Source: Flavobacterium sp.
Lineage (GTDB): Bacteria; Bacteroidota; Bacteroidia; Flavobacteriales; Flavobacteriaceae
Direction: 5' to 3'
DNA length: 64,000 bases
Assembly: GCF_031423415.1 (NCBI RefSeq)
Contig: NZ_JANPFL010000001.1
Location: 3,566 to 67,565 of the forward strand
The position numbers and the translations under genes are program-made. Below the pieces are notes generated by a model. The model worked only from the letters and a program-made list of their open reading frames with translations. It had not been told where the DNA came from and did not search any database. Below are positions 48,829-59,448 of this stretch, in pieces (position 1 is the first letter of the stretch; every line of letters begins with the position of its first letter).

Positions 48829-49329
48829 GCCACAGATGACACCGATTTAACGGATTTACACCGATTATTTAATCTTTTCGGTTGTTTGTAAAAATAAGTC
48901 TTTTAATTTCTGGCTTTTCACCAAAGTTTAATAATAAGCCAATTTCAATATTTGTTGCTTTTAGATAGTTTAAAGTTTGGGCATAATGCGCTTTCACTAA
49001 AGTGTCACAAGCCTTTAATTCTATTATAATTACATCATCAATAACCAAATCGGCAATAAAATTACCGACTAGCTCATTTTTATAATATACTTTAATTTGT
49101 TTTTGAGCTTCTACTTTAAAACCTTGTGATTTTAATTCTATATACATTGCGTTTTGATAAACATTTTCAAGAAATCCATAACCAAGTTCGTTGTAAACTT
49201 CATAAAAAACTTTTAAAATCGCCTCCGATAATTCTTTGTGTAAAAATTCAGTCATTCATCGCTGTTAAAAATTATTATCTGTGAAAATCGGTTAAATCCG
49301 CGTCACCTGCCGGCAGGCAGGTCTGTGGC
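48829..49329. mobile_element. GxxExxY gene cassette bounded by ~39-bp inverted arms with a 9-10-bp internal period
   Basis: Left arm gccacagatgacaccgatttaacggatttacaccgatta (48829-48867); right-arm reverse complement gccacaga[16-bp insert]tgacgcggatttaaccgattttcacagata (49276-49329); lies between bioF and bioD. Confidence 0.7.
48869..49255 (-). CDS. GxxExxY family protein (PD-(D/E)xK nuclease-like)
   Basis: LGYGFLENVY, IADLVI...IIELKA, Q.LNYLKAT.IEIGLLLNFG. Confidence 0.92.
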   Translation of the reverse strand: MTEFLHKELSEAILKVFYEVYNELGYGFLENVYQNAMYIELKSQGFKVEAQKQIKVYYKNELVGNFIADLVIDDVIIIELKACDTLVKAHYAQTLNYLKATNIEIGLLLNFGEKPEIKRLIFTNNRKD

Positions 49330-50510
49330 TAAAAAACAAAGGTACTTAACAGACGCAAAACATCTGCTATTTCTTCTTTCGAATTATAATTGTGCAAACA
49401 GAAACGAAGTCGCTCTTGACCTTCGGGAACTGTGGGTGATAAAATAGCCTTGACGTCAAACCCTTTTTCTTGAAGCTGACTCGCTATTGATTTTACGTTT
49501 TGATTTCCAGGAATTATAGCACTTTGAATAGCTGATTTACTTCTTACAAACATAGGTTTCAATCCCAAAATATTTTTTTCTTGATTGAAGTGAACGATAT
49601 TTTTCCGAAGTTTTGCGATTGTTTGCTTTTCTGATTGTAAATATTGATACGCCACTAAAATAGTAGCTGTAGAATGTGGAGAAAGTCCCGTGGTATAAAT
49701 AAAACTTCGGGCGAAATTGACGAGATAATTACTCAAAACTTTCGACCCTAAAATCGCTGCGCCGTGACAACCTAATCCTTTTCCGAAGGTCATGATTCGG
49801 GCGAAAATCTTGTCTTGCAAACCCAACATTTGAACCAATCCTTCACCATTATCTCCAAAAACACCTAGAGAATGAGCTTCATCGATAACTAAATGACATT
49901 TGAATTTTTCGGAAAGTTGTGCCAATTCTTCGAGATTTGGAGTGTCGCCATCCATCGAAAAAACACTTTCGGTGACGATATAGATGGAAGTTGGAAGTTG
50001 GAGGTTGGGAGTGTTTGCCAAATTGTCCCCGTTGCTCCCATTGCAATTAACAATCAATCGTTCCAAATCTTCAAAATCGTTATGCTGGAATTTATAGGAT
50101 TTAGCATTCGAAAGTTGGATTCCATCTCGAATAGAGGCGTGGCTCAATTCATCATACAAAATGAAGTCTCCTTTCTGGGGAACGGAACTAAAAAAACCCA
50201 CATTGGCATCGTAACCCGAATTAAAAATCAACGCACTTTCTGACTGATGGAAATTGGCGATAAAATCTTCGGTTTCTTGATAAACTTTGTGATTTCCTGA
50301 TAGTAATCGTGAACCTGTTGCGCCATTTTGGATGATTTTATTGTCAATTAAATACTGGTGGGTTTCGTCAAAAATGGATTTGCTTTTTGAAAACCCGATG
50401 TAATCATTCGAAGCAAAATCGATTAAATCGTTAGGTAAAGGCAATTTTCGCAATGCACTGTTTTGCTTGCGAGTTTCGAGTTTAGCTGAGAGATTTTTCG
50501 GAAACATCAT
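49329..50510 (-). CDS. bioF: 8-amino-7-oxononanoate synthase
   Basis: DFASNDY, GATGSRLLSG, SGYDAN, SHASI, ESVFSMDGD, DEAHS, TFGKGLG; TAACTTTG promoter at 50516-50523. Confidence 0.95.
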   Translation of the reverse strand: MMFPKNLSAKLETRKQNSALRKLPLPNDLIDFASNDYIGFSKSKSIFDETHQYLIDNKIIQNGATGSRLLSGNHKVYQETEDFIANFHQSESALIFNSGYDANVGFFSSVPQKGDFILYDELSHASIRDGIQLSNAKSYKFQHNDFEDLERLIVNCNGSNGDNLANTPNLQLPTSIYIVTESVFSMDGDTPNLEELAQLSEKFKCHLVIDEAHSLGVFGDNGEGLVQMLGLQDKIFARIMTFGKGLGCHGAAILGSKVLSNYLVNFARSFIYTTGLSPHSTATILVAYQYLQSEKQTIAKLRKNIVHFNQEKNILGLKPMFVRSKSAIQSAIIPGNQNVKSIASQLQEKGFDVKAILSPTVPEGQERLRFCLHNYNSKEEIADVLRLLSTFVF

Positions 50511-50579
50511 AATGGCAAAGTTAGAAAAAAAACGGGGTAAAAAAATAGGCTACGGCTGAAATGGGGACTATGAATTTAC

Positions 50580-50668
50580 AGCCATTTCTAGCCCAGATAG
50601 AAGTGGAAATCCTCTTGCTTTTTTTCTTTAAAAAAGCAAGAGATTGAAATGAATAGCTGGAAATAGCT
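50580..50668. repeat. ~90-bp MITE-like intergenic palindromic element
   Basis: Imperfect terminal inverted repeats agccatttctagc / gctggaaatagct with an internal hairpin tcttgcttttt...aaaaagcaaga. Confidence 0.6.
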
Positions 50669-50670
50669 TC

Positions 50671-50703
50671 AAAAAAAAAGTCACACATTACTGTATGACT
50701 TTT
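50671..50703 (-). terminator. Terminator after atpC
   Basis: aaaaaaaaagtcacac-attact-gtatgactttt. Confidence 0.7.
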
Positions 50704-50723
50704 AGTTATTATATAGAATTTCT

Positions 50724-51005
50724 TTAGTCGGCTAATACAATTACTTTATTGTCTTTCATTTCGATAGTTCCAGAATTGATAGCTAGTGTGTAATTTTGAT
50801 CATTTACTTTGGTAAATAACCCTTCGGATTCTTTGGTAAACTTGAAACTAATCGCGGTAATTTTAACGATACCTTTTTGAAGTATCGAAACTATTGGTGC
50901 GTGATTATTCAACATTTGAAAATGTCCATCAACTCCTGGAAGAGACACCGATGTTACTTCGCCTGAAAATAATTGTGCTTCTGGTGATACTATTTCTAAT
51001 AACAT
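50724..51005 (-). CDS. atpC: F1 ATP synthase epsilon subunit
   Basis: LEIVSPE..LFSGEV.SV.LPG.DG.F..LNNHAPIVS.L..G. Confidence 0.95.
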   Translation of the reverse strand: MLLEIVSPEAQLFSGEVTSVSLPGVDGHFQMLNNHAPIVSILQKGIVKITAISFKFTKESEGLFTKVNDQNYTLAINSGTIEMKDNKVIVLAD

Positions 51006-51014
51006 AATTTAAGA

Positions 51015-51093
51015 TTAGAGGTTAGAAGTTAGAGGTTAGAAGTGGAGGTAAAGTTTAAACAACTTCTAACTTCCCACTTCTAACTTCCCACTT
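51015..51093. repeat. Heptamer-periodic inverted repeat between atpD and atpC (no enclosed gene)
   Basis: ttagagg ttagaag ttagagg ttagaag tgg ... aacttct aacttcc cacttct aacttcc cactt. Confidence 0.85.
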
Positions 51094-51095
51094 TA

Positions 51096-52610
<1,515 letters not shown>

Positions 52611-52803
52611 TTATGTATTTATTAAATAGCTAATCTGGTTTATGAAGTACACCTAATTGAAACTATTCAAGTAGTTGTGTTTTTCAGTGCGCAAAGATAA
52701 TTTTTTAAAACATAAAAATCAACACTTTTTTTATAAAAAAAAAGTGGGTTTCAATCGCTCTCGTGATTGCAGTAGAATAAAGAAACAAAAGCGCCTAAAA
52801 ACG

Positions 52804-52834
52804 AAAAAACCACCATGTTCCCATGATGGTTTTT
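52804..52834 (-). terminator. Terminator after the SGNH lipoprotein gene
   Basis: aaaaaaccaccatg-ttcc-catgatggttttt. Confidence 0.7.
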
Positions 52835-52854
52835 GACAACTGTTGTATAAAAAT

Positions 52855-54417
52855 TTAAAGAGACCTTGGAAATAAAATTCGATAATTTCCTAGATCTACT
52901 CCTTTTAAATTGGAACCGTAAGTTTTATTTATCGCTTCAATAAACTTATTGGCAATCAATGCATATCCTCTTGGAGACGGATGAACTCCATCTGTTGAAA
53001 ATCCTCCTCCAGTTATAAATGCTCCTGTAACCGTAAATCCATTTGAAGGGATGCCACCGTTTGCAATTTGTGTCATTAGGGCATTTGCATCAAGGAAAGC
53101 AAGGCCCTTTGCAGTTGCAACTGCTTTTATTTTAGCATTATAGGCGTCTGTAGCTGTTTTTAACTCCAAAACCTCAGTCGGAATTAAAACGTGTTTGTCT
53201 TGTAAAGGATATGTGATTCCAAATTTATCTAATGGGGATGGTGGTGCAAAACCAAGACCAGAATCAGATGCAGAAGGTGCGGCACCAATTGCGGATTGTG
53301 TTGTCAGAAGAACCAAATCATTAGCTTTAGCCTGTCTGGCTTTTCCAAAAACACTTCCATAAAAAGTAGCTGTTGCAAGACCAAGTGATGGTGTAAATGC
53401 AGCGGTTAATTGTGCGGATAAATCTGTCAAAGATTCATCTTTTATCAATAAAGGGTTTGCAACGGTTAAAGACAATAAGTTAATTCTGTTTCCTTCTCCA
53501 AAGGCTGTTAAAGCTGCTTTTAATGGCCCGTACAACTGAGCATTTAACGCGTTTATTGTTCCAGTTCCTAAAGCAACATTACCAGCTCCTAAAACACTTG
53601 CGGACAATGGATTGTAGGGAATAGTTGTGAAAAATGGCACGGTATTTACATAAGGGATATTTGCAATGACACCTTTGGCTCCAGCAGAAGTTAATGTGTT
53701 TACTAAAGCGTCATATGTAGCGTCAAAGCCCGCACCTGCTGGTCCTGCGGATGGGGTTATTGGGTTTGATCCATCTCCACCTGTAGTAGCATAACCCAAA
53801 ACATCATTGTTTCCAATCCAAAGCGAAAAGAATGTTGGTGTTTGAGACATTGCATAAGCTAAAACCGAAGTTGTAGCATTTGGTGCAAAACGCACATAAT
53901 ATGGGTTTGCAGTTCCAAGCGAAATTCCAGCTACACTCCCGTAGCTTGGCGATAGTAAATGAAAACTTTTAGCACCAGGAACTCCGCAGTTATTGTAAGG
54001 TCCTGCCGCAACTACCGCAGGATTGAGAATCTCTGTTGATGGAGTCCCCGTAACCGGAACTGGGGCTGAGCCATTAAAATACAATCTTGGCCCTGCAAAT
54101 TGAGTTCCGTTAATCTTAAATCCACCAATATTATCAGCCATAAAAGGAATTTTGAATTCCCCACCTCCGACAGTTGCAAACTGCTGAGCCATAATATTAG
54201 TATAGGATACCTTTTGTCCGTCAATAAATAAGGCATTGTCTGAATATCCTGCGGTTAATGAATTTCCTAAGGAAACATATTTCGTAAAATTGGCAGTACC
54301 TGCCGTAGGCGGTAAACCATCGGATGTATTATAAAGTACAACCTCTTCGTCGTTATTATTATTACAAGCTACAAAGGTTGCTGCAACCAATAGTAGCCAT
54401 TTGAAGTTTTTTATCAT
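52855..54417 (-). CDS. SGNH/GDSL-family lipolytic lipoprotein
   Basis: Lipobox FVAC; LGNSLTAG, WIGNNDVL, DGVHP. Confidence 0.9.
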   Translation of the reverse strand: MIKNFKWLLLVAATFVACNNNNDEEVVLYNTSDGLPPTAGTANFTKYVSLGNSLTAGYSDNALFIDGQKVSYTNIMAQQFATVGGGEFKIPFMADNIGGFKINGTQFAGPRLYFNGSAPVPVTGTPSTEILNPAVVAAGPYNNCGVPGAKSFHLLSPSYGSVAGISLGTANPYYVRFAPNATTSVLAYAMSQTPTFFSLWIGNNDVLGYATTGGDGSNPITPSAGPAGAGFDATYDALVNTLTSAGAKGVIANIPYVNTVPFFTTIPYNPLSASVLGAGNVALGTGTINALNAQLYGPLKAALTAFGEGNRINLLSLTVANPLLIKDESLTDLSAQLTAAFTPSLGLATATFYGSVFGKARQAKANDLVLLTTQSAIGAAPSASDSGLGFAPPSPLDKFGITYPLQDKHVLIPTEVLELKTATDAYNAKIKAVATAKGLAFLDANALMTQIANGGIPSNGFTVTGAFITGGGFSTDGVHPSPRGYALIANKFIEAINKTYGSNLKGVDLGNYRILFPRSL

Positions 54418-54452
54418 GATCTTATATTTTTATATGTTGTTGACTAATTGAA

Positions 54453-57323
54453 TTACGGATTAATTGTCCAAGAAATAAAATATTGTTGTCCTATTGCTCC
54501 TGCGCCCAATACTTGTATGTACTCCTTACTGCCAATATTAGTTGCACCCAATTTTAATAGCGATTTTATTTTTGGAATACTATAATTAATTTGAGCGTCA
54601 ACCACTGTAGCGGCACTAATCATTCCGTCAACCATTGTAGATTCCCATAAATACTCATTATTCCATCTTACGCTGGCATTAAATCCAAAGTTTTCGAATA
54701 ATTTTTCGTTACCGACAGAAGCTTTAACTCTATGTTTTGGAGTGTTGAAACCTGCTTCAAAACCTGGATCTTTTGCTTGATCGAAATCAAACTGAGCATA
54801 GTTATAACTTACACCAAAATCATAACCTCCAAAGATTCGTTTAGACAATCCTATTCCAACTCCAAGTGACTGAATTTTTAAATCAGTATTAGTGTATAAT
54901 TGATAGGCTCTAATATTTCCATTGGCTAGAGCGTGAAGCGTTTGAACCGCTGGATTAGCAACATAAGTCGGAGCTCCTTGAGCAAAATCGAAAGTTTCGC
55001 TAACTTTACCGTACAATGGAGCAATTGATACTGTGTTTCCTATAAAGTTATTATAGGTATTATAATATCCATTCAAGTCAATGTTTATGTCTTTGTATTG
55101 TGAACGGTATCCCAATTCGATAGCTTGTACCTCTTCTGGTTTAACATTTTTTACATTTGTTACTTTCAGCAATGCTGCTGCTCCAGGGGTATTCCCAGGA
55201 TTGGCTGCTGCAAATGCCGCAAATTGCGCAACAGATGCGCTCGTATAAGAATTTTGATAAGCGTTTACTCCCGTCATCACAACAGATGTTCCTCCGGCAT
55301 AGACTTGTCCAATTGCTGGAACGCCATTTGCAACAGGTCTAGTTTCAGAATATCTCAATAAATTATCAGGAGCAGAACCAACTAATACTGCACTTCCTAC
55401 ATTGAAACCTATGTATTGATCCTGAGTACTTGGATTTCTAAAACCTGTTTGATAAGATGCTCTAAAATTGTGTTGTTTGTTTTCGCCTCCAGAATAAACA
55501 AAAGATACTCTTGGGGAAAAATTACCTTCAAAATTTTTAGATTTGTCATATCGAACAGAACCAGTAAATTTCAATCTGTCCTCCATGAATTTTTTTTGCA
55601 ACTGGGTATAAACACCATATTCGTTATAATAAATTGGACCATTAGCATCCGTATAAATTCTGCCTTGAGAATCAAGTTGATATTGTCTGTAAGAACCACC
55701 TACTTGAATTTCTCCATATTTAATGATGTCTTTAAAATTATAATTGGCATCAGAATGGTAAATTCTTGAATTGTCCACAAGTTTTGAACCTGATAATACA
55801 TCTGGATTTGCAATCACCTGATCGAACGCTTTCTTAAATTCAGGTGTGCCTGGTATTAATCTTCCTGTATCAGCAACTCCTCTAGCAGCAATATGAGCAT
55901 TTGCTGGAGTTTGTCCCGCCAATGTTGCTTGAACAAAGGCACCAGCATATTGTCCGAACCAAGTACTGTCATCTTTCCAAGCTCTATTTACATTAAGACC
56001 TGTAAAAAGCATGTCATAAGACTCACCACCGTCTTCTGTGGTGGTATAACCCCTTACAAAAAAGTTTTTACCTTTTACTTCTAATTTATGTTGTTGCATA
56101 AAAAAGTTATTCAAATAATATCTATTTGCACCTTGATAAACTGCATTTCCAAATCCTAATTTACTTTGTAAGATTACTTCTAATCGCTCATCCCCAAATG
56201 GTCTGAAATGCAAAGAGCCATCAATTTTTGTGTTAGATGCTTTGTTATCAGTTAAGTCCACTTCATTATATCCTGTTCGGCTTACATTATAGCTTGGAAG
56301 TAAATTCACAGCAGCAGCAGGTATTAATCCTAAAGCAGCTAATGATTGTCCCACAGATTTTAAATTTGTAGATGCTTCATCGCCATACACATTTATACCG
56401 TCATAATTGACATCACTTCTTGTAATTCCTTGTCCTTGACGTCTTTTATCATCATAATTTGTAGCATACCAGTCCGTTCCTTGCATGTAGGTAAAATTAG
56501 CTTTTGCGGCAATATATTTATTGAATTTATGCGCTACTCTGACTCCAACGTCATAAAAACTATTGGTTCCTGCAGCTTCTTGACTTGTGGCTCCATATTT
56601 CAAATAGGCAGAAATACCTGGATATGTAAATGGGCTTTTACTGTTCATAAACATAATACCATTAAAAGCGTTGGCACCATATAAAGCGGATGAAGCTCCA
56701 GGTAGTAACTCTACACTTTGCACATCAATATCAGATACGCCAATCATATTGCCTAATACAAAGTTCAATAGTGGCGAAGAATTATCCATTCCATCAACCA
56801 ACTGCATGAAACGAGTGTTAGCAACCGTTGCGAAACCACGAGTGTTTATGGATTTAAATGTCAAACTACTGGTATTCATTTGAACCTCTTTAAGGTTTTC
56901 TAGTCCATCATAAAAAGTGGGTGAAGCTGTTTTTTTAATTTCCTTGATACCCATTCTTTCGATAGTTACGGGTGACTCTAAGATTCTTTCAGGAGTTCTG
57001 GAAGCGGCTATTACCACCTCATCTAATGTCATTTGGGCTTCAGTCAGTATAACAACTACATTTTGATTATTTGAAGTAATACTGACTTTTTTCGTTTGGT
57101 GTCCCAAACTGGTTACTTCAATTGTAAATGGTGGGTTTACTGAGGATGTTAAAGTGAATTTCCCATCAGCATCTGAGACCGTTCCTGCTTTAGTTCCAAC
57201 GACTTTTATGCTGGCACCAGGAATGGGTTGGTTGTTACTTTCGGTAACAGAACCTGTAATTGTGTTTTGTGCAAAAGAAATGCCACAAAAAAACAACGAC
57301 AAAACAAGTAAATAGCTTCTCAT
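54453..57323 (-). CDS. TonB-dependent outer-membrane receptor
   Basis: Signal peptide, CarboxypepD_reg-like N-domain, LDEVVIAASR, plug GASSALYGANAFNG, beta-barrel C-terminus. Confidence 0.93.
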   Translation of the reverse strand: MRSYLLVLSLFFCGISFAQNTITGSVTESNNQPIPGASIKVVGTKAGTVSDADGKFTLTSSVNPPFTIEVTSLGHQTKKVSITSNNQNVVVILTEAQMTLDEVVIAASRTPERILESPVTIERMGIKEIKKTASPTFYDGLENLKEVQMNTSSLTFKSINTRGFATVANTRFMQLVDGMDNSSPLLNFVLGNMIGVSDIDVQSVELLPGASSALYGANAFNGIMFMNSKSPFTYPGISAYLKYGATSQEAAGTNSFYDVGVRVAHKFNKYIAAKANFTYMQGTDWYATNYDDKRRQGQGITRSDVNYDGINVYGDEASTNLKSVGQSLAALGLIPAAAVNLLPSYNVSRTGYNEVDLTDNKASNTKIDGSLHFRPFGDERLEVILQSKLGFGNAVYQGANRYYLNNFFMQQHKLEVKGKNFFVRGYTTTEDGGESYDMLFTGLNVNRAWKDDSTWFGQYAGAFVQATLAGQTPANAHIAARGVADTGRLIPGTPEFKKAFDQVIANPDVLSGSKLVDNSRIYHSDANYNFKDIIKYGEIQVGGSYRQYQLDSQGRIYTDANGPIYYNEYGVYTQLQKKFMEDRLKFTGSVRYDKSKNFEGNFSPRVSFVYSGGENKQHNFRASYQTGFRNPSTQDQYIGFNVGSAVLVGSAPDNLLRYSETRPVANGVPAIGQVYAGGTSVVMTGVNAYQNSYTSASVAQFAAFAAANPGNTPGAAALLKVTNVKNVKPEEVQAIELGYRSQYKDINIDLNGYYNTYNNFIGNTVSIAPLYGKVSETFDFAQGAPTYVANPAVQTLHALANGNIRAYQLYTNTDLKIQSLGVGIGLSKRIFGGYDFGVSYNYAQFDFDQAKDPGFEAGFNTPKHRVKASVGNEKLFENFGFNASVRWNNEYLWESTMVDGMISAATVVDAQINYSIPKIKSLLKLGATNIGSKEYIQVLGAGAIGQQYFISWTINP

Positions 57324-57540
57324 TTGATTGAATTTTGTTAGTTAATGCGACCAAAGTACAAATAATTTTGATATTAATAAAAAAAGACTAAAATATTTTA
57401 ATAATATATAATTTCACTATAATTAGCCATTTTCAAAACCGTTAAATTAATTTTGAATATTTAGTTAAAATAATGTGATTTATTATGCGTGCATATAAAA
57501 ATACGCCTTTAGAAATGGAGATTTCATAAAATATACGCAC

Positions 57541-57570
57541 AAAAAAAGTGAGGTGAAAAACCTCACTTTT
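57541..57570 (-). terminator. Terminator after glmS
   Basis: aaaaaaagtgaggt-gaaaa-acctcactttt. Confidence 0.85.
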
Positions 57571-57592
57571 GATGAAAATAGATGTAAATTAC

Positions 57593-59440
57593 TTACTCAA
57601 CAGTCACTGACTTGGCTAAGTTACGTGGTTGATCTACATTACAGCCTCTCATAACAGCAATATGATACGATAATAATTGCAATGGAATAGTCGTGATTAA
57701 TGGTGATAAAGCGTCGGAAGTTTCGGGAATTTCGATTATATAATCCGCTAAACCTCTTACTTGAGTATCTCCTTTTGTAACCACAGCTATGATAATACCG
57801 CTTCGTGATTTTATTTCTTGAATATTGCTAACAATTTTATCATAATGCCCTTGTTTAGGTGCAATAACAATTACTGGCATATGCTCATCAATCAAAGCGA
57901 TTGGTCCATGCTTCATTTCGGCTGCAGGATATCCTTCAGCGTGGATGTAAGAGATTTCTTTGAGCTTCAATGCTCCTTCAAGTGCAACAGGAAAATTGTA
58001 GCCTCTTCCTAAATACAAGCAATTTTGCGTGTTTTTAAAAATCGCAGCTATTTCTTTTGCTTTAGCATTTGTCTCTAAAGCTTCTCTAACTTTTTCAGGA
58101 ATAATTTCTAATTCTTGTAAGTATCTATGGAAATCGGTTTTAGACAATGTTCCTTTAGCTTTTGCTAAACGCAACGCCATCATTATCAATACTGTGATTT
58201 GTGTAGTAAACGCCTTTGTAGAAGCCACACCAATTTCAGGTCCTGCGTGTGTGTGTGAACCTGCGTGTGTTTCTCTAGAAATGGAGGAGCCAACCACGTT
58301 ACAAACGCCATAAACAAATGCTCCTTTTTCTTTTGCTAATTTTATTGCTGCCATCGTATCAGCAGTTTCTCCGGATTGGGAAATGGCAATGACTACATCG
58401 CCTCTGTTGATGATTGGATTTCTGTATCTAAACTCAGATGCATATTCCACCTCAACAGGAATTCTGGTAAATTCTTCAAATATATACTCAGCCACTAGTC
58501 CTGCATGCCAAGAGGTCCCGCAGGCGACGATTATTATTTTTTCTGCGTTAAGAAATTTTTCTAAATTATCCTCTACTCCCGACATCTGAATAATGCCGTC
58601 GTTTGCGTGAAGTCTTCCGCGATAGGTATCCGTAATTACATTAGGTTGCTCGTAAATTTCTTTAAACATAAAGTGATCGTAACCCCCTTTTTCTATTTGC
58701 TCTAAATTCATTTGAAGTTCTTGAATATAGGGATCAACTAAGGAGTCATCCTTAATTTTTCGAACTTTCATAGGTTTGTGTAACCTAATGTTTGCCATTT
58801 CTCCATCCTCTAAATAAACGGCATTTGAAGTATATTCGATAAATGGTGATGCATCTGATGCAATAAAGTATTCGCCTTCTCCTATTCCTATTGCCAGTGG
58901 ACTTCCCAAGCGGGCAACCACGATTTCATCAGGATTTTTTTTATCAAAAACGGCTATGGCATAAGCTCCAAAAACCTGGTTTAATGCTACCTGAACTGCT
59001 TTCCCTAGCTTTAGATTTTCTTTTTTTTGAACTTCTTCGATAAGATTTATTAATACTTCAGTGTCGGTATCAGAGTGAAAAATATAGCCTCTTTTTATCA
59101 ATTCAACTTTCAGTGGAGCATAATTTTCTATAATTCCATTGTGAATTATAACTAAATCTCCAGAATTAGAAACGTGAGGATGAGAATTAACATCATTGGG
59201 AATACCATGTGTAGCCCAACGTGTGTGACCTATTCCAATGGTTCCATTAGTGGAAATCTCGTTGGAAGCTTTTACTTCAAGATCTATAACTTTGCCTTTT
59301 GTTTTAGAAAGTTTTAAGTTTTCTCCGTCATATAGCATAACTCCTGCACTATCATAACCTCGATATTCTAATCTTTTTAATCCTTTTATTACAATAGGAT
59401 AAGCTTCTCTGTAGCCAATGTACCCGACAATTCCACACAT
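57593..59440 (-). CDS. glmS: Glutamine-fructose-6-phosphate transaminase
   Basis: MCGIVGY, LEYRGYDSAG, HTRWATHG, SQSGETAD, PRNLAKSVTVE. Confidence 0.99.
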   Translation of the reverse strand: MCGIVGYIGYREAYPIVIKGLKRLEYRGYDSAGVMLYDGENLKLSKTKGKVIDLEVKASNEISTNGTIGIGHTRWATHGIPNDVNSHPHVSNSGDLVIIHNGIIENYAPLKVELIKRGYIFHSDTDTEVLINLIEEVQKKENLKLGKAVQVALNQVFGAYAIAVFDKKNPDEIVVARLGSPLAIGIGEGEYFIASDASPFIEYTSNAVYLEDGEMANIRLHKPMKVRKIKDDSLVDPYIQELQMNLEQIEKGGYDHFMFKEIYEQPNVITDTYRGRLHANDGIIQMSGVEDNLEKFLNAEKIIIVACGTSWHAGLVAEYIFEEFTRIPVEVEYASEFRYRNPIINRGDVVIAISQSGETADTMAAIKLAKEKGAFVYGVCNVVGSSISRETHAGSHTHAGPEIGVASTKAFTTQITVLIMMALRLAKAKGTLSKTDFHRYLQELEIIPEKVREALETNAKAKEIAAIFKNTQNCLYLGRGYNFPVALEGALKLKEISYIHAEGYPAAEMKHGPIALIDEHMPVIVIAPKQGHYDKIVSNIQEIKSRSGIIIAVVTKGDTQVRGLADYIIEIPETSDALSPLITTIPLQLLSYHIAVMRGCNVDQPRNLAKSVTVE

Positions 59441-59448
59441 AGTTCTGG

